From the NCBI GenBank assembly GCA_003568775.1, contig MWMI01000003.1, positions 60,001-92,000 on the forward strand: 32,000 nucleotides of DNA. Direction: 5' to 3'. Positions 16,645-24,799 of the stretch are shown piece after piece. Position 1 is the first letter of the stretch. Every line of letters starts with the position of its first letter. This DNA comes from Candidatus Nanoclepta minutus (GTDB taxonomy: Archaea > Nanobdellota > Nanobdellia > Nanobdellales > Nanobdellaceae). Below the pieces are notes generated by a model. That model was not told the origin of the DNA and did no database searches. It saw nothing but the letters and a program-made list of their open reading frames with translations. The translations under genes were made by a program, and so were the position numbers.

Positions 16645-17325
16645 ATGGAGTATCCTCTTTCTTTGTCTGAGCAGATTAAGTTTTTAAAAGAAAATCCAGA
16701 ATTTTTTAAGGGATTTGGAAAATATACAGAGCCTTATAATGGTAAGTTAGTAGATAAAATAGTAGAAAAAGTAAGATCTGATAAAGTTCCTCTGTGGGGA
16801 TTAGAAAACGAGATGAGAAAATATTTTAGAAAAGTGAAAGTCGAAGTATCATATATTCTTCCAGTAAAATATATGGAGGATCACCAAATAGTAGGCGGAT
16901 GTACAGAGTTTGCATTATTAACGGCAGCTATATTAAGAAAATTGGGGTATCCGACAGCAATTTTATATGCAGTAAAAGTAAATAATGTATTTCAAGATCC
17001 AATTAAGGGTGGAGGCCTGGAGGGGCATGCCGTTAACTTAGTATATAAGGATGGTTCATGGTGGCTACTGGATTCTACTAGTACAATAGAAAGTCCAACT
17101 AAATTTATTTTTACAAGATTATTCTATAATGGATACCTACCAGGTTTAATAATGAAGGATCCTGCAGATCTAGGTATAAAGAATAGACAAGACGAATATT
17201 TTTACGCTTTATATAATCTTGAGGATGTATTGCTATTAGCTCTACAGGAGGATATTATAGATCCCAAAAAGTTATTTATACAAGGAGTATACAAAAAAAA
17301 GATTGAAGAGCAAGCTAAACAATAA
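16645..17325 (+). CDS. Transglutaminase-like cysteine protease-fold protein
   Basis: The Cys-His-Asp core pattern is present: 'GGCTEFALLTAAILRKLGYP' ... 'GHAVNLVYKDGSWWLLDST'. Confidence 0.65.
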   Translation: MEYPLSLSEQIKFLKENPEFFKGFGKYTEPYNGKLVDKIVEKVRSDKVPLWGLENEMRKYFRKVKVEVSYILPVKYMEDHQIVGGCTEFALLTAAILRKLGYPTAILYAVKVNNVFQDPIKGGGLEGHAVNLVYKDGSWWLLDSTSTIESPTKFIFTRLFYNGYLPGLIMKDPADLGIKNRQDEYFYALYNLEDVLLLALQEDIIDPKKLFIQGVYKKKIEEQAKQ

Positions 17326-17666
17326 TTTAAATTTTTATAATACTATCCGAGGTTATTAAGGTAAGAAAAAGAATGAAAGTTACTATTTAAGATGGAAGAA
17401 ATATATGATATATTAAAAAAGTTTGGATATGAAAAGGAATTAGAAGAATATTCTAAAATTAAAAATACATTTATATGGCAAATATCTGTTAAACCTGAGG
17501 AAATTGTGGGGATTCAGAAAAACATTAGATAGCCTTTCATACATGGAATGGGTAGCTAAGGAAAACGAAAAATTGTTGAACTCTATATATAGCAAAATTA
17601 CGAAACGTTCAAATGAAGAATATTAGCTAAAGAAAACTTAGTAAAAATATAATCTTCTATATTAAT

Positions 17667-17960
17667 ATAGAGCTAAACAAATATCGAAAAGAAGCTCAAA
17701 AGGCTGCAAGATATCTAAAGAAATTAAACGGCTATTATTATCTGGCTTTGGCATTAGCTGGAGAAGTAGAAGAGTTATTCAATCTTATAAAGAAAATTGC
17801 TAGGGATGATATGTAGTCTGATAGAGGGAAAATATTGAGCGAATTAGGAGATATATCGTGGTATACATCAGAATTGACAAAGCAATTCAGTTTTACTTTA
17901 GAAGAAGTAATAAGATATAATTTAGAAAAGTTAAGAAAAATATATTTAGAAAAAATTTAA
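17667..17960 (+). pseudogene. MazG-like all-alpha NTP pyrophosphohydrolase, disrupted (no ATG start; in-frame TAG at 17814-17816)
   Basis: The frame reads (I)ELNKYRKEAQKAARYLKKLNGYYYLALALAGEVEELFNLIKKIARDDM*SDRGKILSELGDISWYTSELTKQFSFTLEEVIRYNLEKLRKIY. This matches the MazG pattern (L.L.gE.gE....KK..RD / ELGD..WY / N..KL..R). The expected start codon position reads ATA, and an upstream in-frame TAA lies at 17628. Confidence 0.6.
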
Positions 17961-19297
17961 GGATATAGCCATCCTTCCCTTAACCTTGGGAACGGTAACG
18001 TATCTCTAACATGTTCTAACTTACATACCCACATAGTAAACCTTTCTAATCCTAGACCCCATCCAGAATGGGGTACTGAACCATATTTTCTTAAATCTAA
18101 ATACCATTCATATGCGTTTATTTCTTCGTCCCCTATCTTTACCTTTAATTTATCCAATCCCCATTCCTTTATCTTACTCTCCAATACCTCATACCTCCAT
18201 TCCCTCTCGGATCCTCCTATTATTTCTCCATACCCTTCGGGCGCTAATAGATCAAAGTTCTTAACGGTTCCATCACCTGCCTCATACATATAGAAGGCCT
18301 TTACCTTTCTTGGATAGTTGGTTAGGAATATTGGCACATCGAATTCCATTGCTAATTCCCTCTCTTCATCAGCACCCAAATCATCTCCATACTTTATGTT
18401 TAATCCCTTCTTCTGTAAGATCTTTATTCCATCTTCATATTTTACTACCTTCCATGGTTTTTCAACAAAGCCTTTTAATTCTTCTATCTTTCTTCCAGTA
18501 TTCTTTTCTAGTATTTCAAAATCACTTTTTCTTTCCTCAATAGTCTTTTCTATAGAATACTTCAAGGCTTCCTCAGTTACCTTTATTAAATCTTCTAGTC
18601 TCATCCATGCAGCTTCTATTTCAAAATGCCAATACTCATGTAAATGCCTTCTAGTCCTTGATTTTTCTGCTCTAAATGATGGGGTTAATGAAAATACCTT
18701 TTCCAAAGAATATATCAGTGCTTCTAGGTATAGCTGTGCGGATTGTGATAGGTATGCCTTATCCCCAAAGTAGTTTACCTCAAATAGTGTTGTAGTTTCC
18801 TCACAGGCGTTTCCAACCAGTATGGGGGGATGTACTTCATACCATCCATCTTTTATGAACCATTCCCTTAAGTTCTTTAGTAAAGAATGCTTTATCTTTA
18901 ATACAGAAGTAAACCATCTAGTCCTTACCCATAAGTATCTATACCTTTGTATGGTCTCTAGAGATTCTCCTCCCTTCAATGGGAAAGGTTGTCCGTAATC
19001 TACTACTTCCAAATCCGTTACTTCAATTTCATATCCACTTGGTGCTCTCTCATCTTTCCTCAGTATCCCCTTTATCTTTAAGGAACCTTCTATCTGCATC
19101 CTTACTGCGTCATTCCAAACCCTTTCGCTAACCTTATCTTTTCTAATGACAGCCTGTATAATTCCTGTGGAGTCCCTAATAACAAAGAATACCTTATCTT
19201 TCATATCCCTCATCCTATAAATCCATCCTAAGATTTCTACTTCCTTCCCTACAAATTCTTCTTTTAAAAAATCGGCTATATAAGAAACTTTCATCAT
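17957..19297 (-). CDS. asnS: Asparaginyl-tRNA synthetase (class IIb)
   Basis: 'SLTPSFRAEKSRTRRHLHEYWHFEIEAAWM', 'LAPEGYGEIIGGSERE' and the C-terminal 'YGSVPHSGWGLGLERF...FPR...LYP' match archaeal AsnRS (Pyrococcus-like) better than AspRS. An N-terminal OB anticodon-binding domain is present. Confidence 0.85.
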   Translation of the reverse strand: MMKVSYIADFLKEEFVGKEVEILGWIYRMRDMKDKVFFVIRDSTGIIQAVIRKDKVSERVWNDAVRMQIEGSLKIKGILRKDERAPSGYEIEVTDLEVVDYGQPFPLKGGESLETIQRYRYLWVRTRWFTSVLKIKHSLLKNLREWFIKDGWYEVHPPILVGNACEETTTLFEVNYFGDKAYLSQSAQLYLEALIYSLEKVFSLTPSFRAEKSRTRRHLHEYWHFEIEAAWMRLEDLIKVTEEALKYSIEKTIEERKSDFEILEKNTGRKIEELKGFVEKPWKVVKYEDGIKILQKKGLNIKYGDDLGADEERELAMEFDVPIFLTNYPRKVKAFYMYEAGDGTVKNFDLLAPEGYGEIIGGSEREWRYEVLESKIKEWGLDKLKVKIGDEEINAYEWYLDLRKYGSVPHSGWGLGLERFTMWVCKLEHVRDTLPFPRLREGWLYP

Positions 19298-19386
19298 GAA
19301 TCTAGGAGTTCCGACAAGTTATCATAAAATTATATAATTTAAAATAATTTTAAAATCTTTTATTAATTCTGAAGATTAAAGAATTA

Positions 19387-21153
19387 ATGGCAATAAGGTC
19401 TCCGATTGTGGTTGTATTGGGCCATGTTGATTCTGGAAAAACATCATTATTAGATTCAATTAGACAAACATCCTTAACGGAAAAGGAAGCTGGTGGGATC
19501 ACACAACATATTGGTGCTACCGAAGTTCCCATAGAGGTTGTGGAGAAGGTATCTAAACCTCTGATGGGTCTATTCAACTTTAGACTTAATATACCGTCAA
19601 TCCTCTTTATAGATACACCAGGTCATGAGGCTTTTAGTAATCTAAGGAAGAGGGGAGGATCCATTGCGGATTTTGCTATAATAGTTGTGGATGTAATTGA
19701 AGGTATTCAAAAACAAACGATAGAATCAATTGAGATATGTAAACAGTTTAAAGTACCTTTTTTAATTGCCTTAAACAAGATAGACAGGATAGATGGATGG
19801 AAGCCTCAAAACACATATGTATTTTTGGATTCCATTAAGAAACAGGGTCAAAGGACTGCTGAGGAATTAGAAAAGAGGTTATACGATGTTGTATATAAGT
19901 TATATGAGTTGGGTTTTGAATCTGAAAGGTTTGATAGGGTTAAAGACTTTAGGAGAGAGGTTGCGATAATACCTGTCTCTGCAAAGACAAAGGAAGGTTT
20001 AGCAGAACTATTACTAATAATATCTGGTTTAGTTCAGAGGTTTTTGGAAGAGAGATTAAAGATTGATGTAGAGGGTCCTGGGAAGGGTGTTATATTAGAG
20101 AGGAAGGAGGTTAAGGGGTTGGGTGATGTGATAGATGTAATTTTATATGATGGGAAGATAAAGAAAGGTGATAGAATAGCTTTTCTAACAAGAGAAGGTG
20201 TAAAGATAACTAATGTAAAGGCAATATATAAACCAGAAGCATTGAAGGATATTAGGTTTAAGACTAAGTTTTACGAAGTTGAAGAGGCTACTGCAGCATG
20301 TGGTGTTAGGATTTCTGGGGAAGGATTGGAAGAAGCAATACCAGGTTCGCATATATATGTGATTACCTCTGAAGAAGAGTTGAGTAAAATAAAGAGTGAG
20401 ATTGAAAGGGAAGTTTCGGAGATAATATTTAGTACTGATAGAATAGGTGTTGTGGCAAAGGCAGATACCTTGGGAACCTTAGAAGTTTTGATAAAAATAT
20501 TAAAGGAAAATAACATTCCTGTTGCTAGATCTGATATAGGAGATATAACAAAGGAAGATATAATGTTTGCATATTCAGTTAAAGAGAAGAAGCCTGAGTA
20601 TGGAATAATAATTGGGTTTAATGTAAAGGTTGATAAGAATGCTGAAGATTTCTTAAAGAGTTATAATATAAGGGTTATTTTGGGAAACGTTGTCTATAGA
20701 ATGATTGAGGATATTCAGAACTATGTAAATGAGTTAACAAAGAAGAAGTTACCTAGTGATCTACCATCCGTTGCAAAGATAAGGATTTTGCCAGGTAATG
20801 TATTTAGGAGGAGTAGTCCGGCAATCGTTGGTGTTGAGGTTTTAGCAGGTGAGTTGAGAAAAGATGTTTATTTGATGAGGGAAGATGGAAAGGTTATTGG
20901 AAAGGTTTTATCAATACAGTATGAAAAGAAGAACCTAGATAATGCAAGGAAAGGTGATAAAGTTGCTGTAAGCATTGATGATGCAGTAGTTGGAAGGAAT
21001 GTAGAAGAAGGAAATATTTTATACACGTTTTTATTAGAGGATCAGTTTAGGAAATACAAGGAATATAAGGATATGTTGAGTGAGGAGCAGAAGGAAGTTT
21101 TGAGGGAAATAGCTAATATAATGAGAAAGACTAATCCTGCCTGGGGTTTGTAA
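19387..21153 (+). CDS. infB: Translation initiation factor aIF5B (IF-2 homologue)
   Basis: The GTPase motifs are 'VVVLGHVDSGKTSLLD', 'GGITQHIGA', 'DTPGHEAF' and 'ALNKIDR'. Length and domain order are typical of aIF5B, with no intein. Confidence 0.92.
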   Translation: MAIRSPIVVVLGHVDSGKTSLLDSIRQTSLTEKEAGGITQHIGATEVPIEVVEKVSKPLMGLFNFRLNIPSILFIDTPGHEAFSNLRKRGGSIADFAIIVVDVIEGIQKQTIESIEICKQFKVPFLIALNKIDRIDGWKPQNTYVFLDSIKKQGQRTAEELEKRLYDVVYKLYELGFESERFDRVKDFRREVAIIPVSAKTKEGLAELLLIISGLVQRFLEERLKIDVEGPGKGVILERKEVKGLGDVIDVILYDGKIKKGDRIAFLTREGVKITNVKAIYKPEALKDIRFKTKFYEVEEATAACGVRISGEGLEEAIPGSHIYVITSEEELSKIKSEIEREVSEIIFSTDRIGVVAKADTLGTLEVLIKILKENNIPVARSDIGDITKEDIMFAYSVKEKKPEYGIIIGFNVKVDKNAEDFLKSYNIRVILGNVVYRMIEDIQNYVNELTKKKLPSDLPSVAKIRILPGNVFRRSSPAIVGVEVLAGELRKDVYLMREDGKVIGKVLSIQYEKKNLDNARKGDKVAVSIDDAVVGRNVEEGNILYTFLLEDQFRKYKEYKDMLSEEQKEVLREIANIMRKTNPAWGL

Positions 21154-21164
21154 GTTCGTCATTA

Positions 21165-21172
21165 TTTATAAA
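21165..21172 (+). promoter_or_regulatory. TATA-box-like element (tttataaa) centred ~27 nt upstream of the ATG at 21195, flanked by GTTCG/CGAAC repeats
   Basis: The spacing fits a leaderless archaeal transcript. The inverted half-site GTTCG is at 21154-21158, and tandem CGAACTA copies are at 21179-21185 and 21187-21193. Confidence 0.4.
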
Positions 21173-21194
21173 TATTACCGAACTAACGAACTAT

Positions 21195-21755
21195 ATGAAG
21201 AAGGAAAGGATATTGAGAGTATTAGGAATGAAAAGGGTTGTTAGTTTTGGAGATCTAGTTAGAGAGAGTAATGTATCAAAATCCTATTTATCAGAATTTT
21301 TGAAGGTTTTAAGAGAAAGAGGGTTGATATTAATGGGAGAAAGCATTAAAGTTACAGATTTAATAGAATTCTTAAGGTTTTGGGGTGAGAAAAAAAGGAA
21401 AATATTGAAGAGAATTAATTCCTTTTTAACAGATACCCTATTTATTAACGATTTCTTATCTGTTTTATCTAATAAGGATTATGTTTTGTCAGGACAGTTT
21501 GTAGAAAATTTAATTACAAAACAGAGCTCAGGTATATCTCTATGGGTATATGTTTTTGACGAAAATACTTATTTGGAACTAATGAGGGGTTTTAGTAAGA
21601 AGAGGAGTGGAAGGATAAAGGTAATGTTCTATGATGATCATATAAAGTATGGTAGTAGCTTTCTTCAAGGATATAGGATAGTAGCTTTAGAGCAATTAGC
21701 AGCAGATTTAATTGCAGAGGGCATATTTACCGATATAAAGGTATTGTTAAAATGA
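21195..21755 (+). CDS. Winged-HTH protein, AbiEi-like (putative type IV antitoxin/transcriptional regulator)
   Basis: The N-terminal 'VVSFGDLVRESNVSKSYLSEFLKVLRERGLI' is wHTH-like. The ~110-aa C-terminal domain and an ATGA-coupled downstream nucleotidyltransferase reproduce the AbiEi/AbiEii arrangement. Confidence 0.5.
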   Translation: MKKERILRVLGMKRVVSFGDLVRESNVSKSYLSEFLKVLRERGLILMGESIKVTDLIEFLRFWGEKKRKILKRINSFLTDTLFINDFLSVLSNKDYVLSGQFVENLITKQSSGISLWVYVFDENTYLELMRGFSKKRSGRIKVMFYDDHIKYGSSFLQGYRIVALEQLAADLIAEGIFTDIKVLLK

Positions 21756-22417
21756 TTGAGGATTTCTATAAATATTCCAAAATCTCTTGGGAGTATTTGG
21801 ATGAGATATGGAGAAAAATAAGGGGAGAAAAGATGTTAATAGGAGGATGGGCAGTTCATTTATTGGTAAATGATGGATTAAAGATAAATAAAAGAAAGGA
21901 ATATATTGGATCTAAAGATATAGATTTGTTTGTAGAAGATTTAGAAAGAGTTTTTGATATTTTAGTTAGTTTAGGGTTTGAAAAAGAAGATAATAGGTTT
22001 TTTAAAGAAGAAAGAGATTTTAAAATTTTTGTAGATGTTTTTAGCCCAGGAAATACTCCGGATCCTCTAATGGAATACGCCTTTATAAACAATTATAAGT
22101 TAAGGATAAATAATTTTATAGTACCCTACCCAGAATTCTTAATAGTGTCGAAGATAAATACAATATTAGTTAGGGGTATGAAAGAGAAAAGAATAAAGGA
22201 TATTTTAGATTTACTTATGCTAATTTCCTTTTCAAAATACGATATTGATTTGATAAAGGATTTAATTAGAAAACATAACGTTTATATTTCTTCCTTTGTC
22301 ATAAAGGAAATAGAAGAGAACTCATATGTTTTAAAATACTTTAATTTTGATGATAAAGAAATAGAAAGCTTAATTAAAATTTTAGAAAGAGTTCTATTAT
22401 ATGGAAGAAACCCTTAA
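21752..22417 (+). CDS. Pol-beta-superfamily nucleotidyltransferase, AbiEii/DUF1814-like (putative toxin)
   Basis: 'MLIGGWAVHLLV...IGSKDIDLFV' fits the G-G/S...D-x-D NTase signature, with a third acidic 'FVDVF'. A helical C-terminal half follows. Confidence 0.55.
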   Translation: MIEDFYKYSKISWEYLDEIWRKIRGEKMLIGGWAVHLLVNDGLKINKRKEYIGSKDIDLFVEDLERVFDILVSLGFEKEDNRFFKEERDFKIFVDVFSPGNTPDPLMEYAFINNYKLRINNFIVPYPEFLIVSKINTILVRGMKEKRIKDILDLLMLISFSKYDIDLIKDLIRKHNVYISSFVIKEIEENSYVLKYFNFDDKEIESLIKILERVLLYGRNP

Positions 22418-23123
22418 ACTAATTAAAGAAACTATTCTCAACGTTGCAAAGGAATATAATGTTGAAATAGATAAAATAATCCTGTTTGGATCTAGGGCAA
22501 GAGGAGATTTTAGGGAAGATTCCGATTGGGATATATTAATTGTAACTAAGGAGAAAATGGATAGAGAAAAGGAATCAGATTTTAGATTGAAAATTGTTTT
22601 AGAACTTCATAATTTTTTAAATCAAGATATAGAGATAATAATTGTAGATAAAAGGACTTTTGAGGAATATAAAACTCCAGCTTATGTATATTATTATGCG
22701 GAAAAAGAAGGAAAACTTTTATGGTATAGTAGGGTTTATGAGGACGTTAAAAATCTTTTAGAAATGGCTATGGAAAATTTAAAAGTTGTAGATTATCTTA
22801 AATCTAAAGAGTTTTATTATCATATATGTCTTCATTGCTCATGGGCTGTTAGAGATTTATTAAAGGCTTTTTTAATATTTAATCAATTAAACTTTTCAAA
22901 ACCAAATGATATAGTTGAACTAGTAAAGCTATGTATGGAATTTGATAGGGATTTTAGGGAAGAATTCCAAAATTATATGGATGTTTTTGAAAAGTTGAAA
23001 GGGTATGATATTTTATTTAAAAGATCTGAACTCTTTGATGTAAGTAAAGAAGAAGCTCAGAGGATAATTGAAATTACTGAAAGAGTTAAAGAATTTATAT
23101 TAAATAAAATTAAGCTAGAATAA
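22401..23123 (+). CDS. Fused minimal nucleotidyltransferase (MNT) plus HEPN-like helical domain protein
   Basis: The N-terminal 'IILFGSRARGDFREDSDWDILIV' is the classic MNT G-S-x10-D-x-D motif. The C-terminal ~125 aa are helical with a HEPN-like 'AVRDLLKAFLIFN...NDIVELV' pattern. No Rx4-6H RNase motif is visible. Confidence 0.65.
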   Translation: MEETLKLIKETILNVAKEYNVEIDKIILFGSRARGDFREDSDWDILIVTKEKMDREKESDFRLKIVLELHNFLNQDIEIIIVDKRTFEEYKTPAYVYYYAEKEGKLLWYSRVYEDVKNLLEMAMENLKVVDYLKSKEFYYHICLHCSWAVRDLLKAFLIFNQLNFSKPNDIVELVKLCMEFDRDFREEFQNYMDVFEKLKGYDILFKRSELFDVSKEEAQRIIEITERVKEFILNKIKLE

Positions 23124-24769
23124 TGATAACTAGTTTAATAGAAGATCCTAATCTAATAGGTAATAAAGCAGCGAATCTATCCAAATTTAGGGGTCTGTTG
23201 AATATTCCCAAATCCCTTGTAATTACTACAGAAGCTTTTAGAGAATATATTAAAGATAAAAGTTTTTTAGATAAATTAGTTGAATATTTGGATGATAGTT
23301 TAAGTGATTTTAAAAGACCTTTAATATTTAGGAGTTCTTCAACAGTTGAAGATACTCCTGAAAAATCCTATGCAGGTGTATTTAAATCTGTTTTAAATGT
23401 TTATACAAAAGAAGATATGAAAGAGGCCATTAAGGAAATATATGAGGATTTCTTAAGGAAATCTAGAGAAGATATTGCGATATTAGTTCAGGAACAGTTT
23501 ACTAAGGGTAAGTTTGGTGTAATGTTTGGATTTGATGATAAAATAGTCTTAGAAGTTACTTTAAACGATCCGACAGGTATTACTAGTGGAAGGGCAAAAA
23601 TAAAGGATTTATACATTATAGATGGAGAAAATGCTTATGTTTATAATAATAAGAATTGGAAGATATTATTTGATTTAGAAATAGAAAAAATAAAAGAAGC
23701 TGATGGGAAGATAAAAAATGTAATTTATCCATATGATGTAGAATTCGTTGTTTATAAAGGGGATTTCTATTTATTACAGGTAAGACCTTTACATAAAAAA
23801 CCAGAATTTAGAATCGGTACTAGTAATTTGTATGGTGTCGGAGTTTCCAGTGGAAAGGTTATGGGAAGGGTTTCCTTTTCTGAAGATAATAAGGGAGTAG
23901 ATAAGATCCTAGTTATAGATGAGGTTCCTTTTGATGAGATAGAAAAAGTAAAGGAATTTGGGGGCATAATAATAGAGATAGGAAGTTTATTATCCCATAT
24001 AGCAATCCATATGAGAGAGTATGGAATACCAGCAATTGTTGGAGTTCCTATAAAATATTTCAGAGAAGGAGAGTTGATTGAAATGGATGGAAGCACTGGA
24101 GAAATAAAGTTTTTGGATAGAAGAGGTTTTGAGATATCTAGAATTGAAAGAGAAATAGAAATTTATGATCCTAAAATGTTAAGATTGCTTATAGTAGATA
24201 AGTATGCTTTTGTTTTATATCCAAAAGATGGGTATAGCATTCTGTTTTATAGAGATAGTAGAGGGTTAGACTATGTTTTGAGGATTTCTGAGGATCCTTT
24301 AGTAGACGGAGGAGTAGATAGTTGGCATACGTATGTGACTATTTTAGAGTTATCTCTATTGGATTCTGAAGTAAGGGGAGACTTTGAAAGGGTAATTAAA
24401 GCTATAGAAGAAGCCAATATGGAAAAAATAGAGAAATTGTATGGGGAATTAAAGAATAAGATTTCAAGATATTATAGAGAAGCTGAAATGAAAGAAGATT
24501 TATATTTAGTCGAAAAGACATATGCTTATATAAGGTTGGTAAGAAATGTATTACTATTCGAATATGGACAAAAGTTGATGAACAATCCAAAATTTATGGA
24601 ATTAGTAAAAAAGGATGAAGGAGAAAGATTACCCGAACTCTATAAAATATATGAGCTATTCGATAAGTTATATGATAGAATCGAAAAAGAACATGGACTA
24701 AAAAAGATGGATTATACATCTTACTTAGCTTTCCAAATAGATATTCTTAAGAAGGAGAGTAAGGTATAA
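23123..24769 (+). CDS. PEP-synthase/PPDK-like phosphotransferase: N-terminal ATP-grasp (PPDK_N) plus phosphohistidine swivel domain plus ~215-aa unrecognised C-terminal domain, with no PEP/pyruvate TIM barrel
   Basis: 'IGNKAANLSKF...IPKSLVITTEAF', 'FRSSSTVEDTPEKSYAGVFKSVLNV' and 'DVEFVVYKGDFYLLQVRP' match PPDK_N. 'GVGVSSGKVMGRV...ILVIDEVP...GGIIIEIGSLLSHIAIHMREYGIPAIVGV' matches the PEP-utilizer mobile domain, with the catalytic His codon at 23996-23998. Confidence 0.75.
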   Translation: MITSLIEDPNLIGNKAANLSKFRGLLNIPKSLVITTEAFREYIKDKSFLDKLVEYLDDSLSDFKRPLIFRSSSTVEDTPEKSYAGVFKSVLNVYTKEDMKEAIKEIYEDFLRKSREDIAILVQEQFTKGKFGVMFGFDDKIVLEVTLNDPTGITSGRAKIKDLYIIDGENAYVYNNKNWKILFDLEIEKIKEADGKIKNVIYPYDVEFVVYKGDFYLLQVRPLHKKPEFRIGTSNLYGVGVSSGKVMGRVSFSEDNKGVDKILVIDEVPFDEIEKVKEFGGIIIEIGSLLSHIAIHMREYGIPAIVGVPIKYFREGELIEMDGSTGEIKFLDRRGFEISRIEREIEIYDPKMLRLLIVDKYAFVLYPKDGYSILFYRDSRGLDYVLRISEDPLVDGGVDSWHTYVTILELSLLDSEVRGDFERVIKAIEEANMEKIEKLYGELKNKISRYYREAEMKEDLYLVEKTYAYIRLVRNVLLFEYGQKLMNNPKFMELVKKDEGERLPELYKIYELFDKLYDRIEKEHGLKKMDYTSYLAFQIDILKKESKV

Positions 24770-24799
24770 CTTTTTAAATGATATCCCTTTTTATCTATA

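Noticed and set aside
17393-17625. Short ORFs (about 45 aa MEEIYDILKKFGYEKELEEY... and about 24 aa MEWVAKENEKLL...) as real small proteins.
   Set aside because: They are consecutive frame-shifted fragments in a degraded region with no recognisable domain. They are treated as gene remnants rather than annotated CDSs.
17814-17816. In-frame TAG in the MazG-like frame as programmed readthrough or pyrrolysine.
   Set aside because: The same frame also lacks an ATG start and sits in a region of other broken frames. TAG is used as an ordinary stop elsewhere (for example the archaellin and flippase genes). Pseudogenisation is more parsimonious.
18310-18773. Two overlapping ORFs (77 and 151 aa) antisense to asnS.
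   Set aside because: These are shadow frames of a strongly supported AsnRS gene. Their composition is Ser/Phe/Leu-rich and they have no start context.
19350-24590. Minor antisense ORFs at 19350-19577, 20271-20516, 21856-22092, 23767-24096 and 24402-24590.
   Set aside because: Each lies within or against a better-supported plus-strand gene (infB, the NTase or the PPDK-like gene). They are short and carry no motifs.
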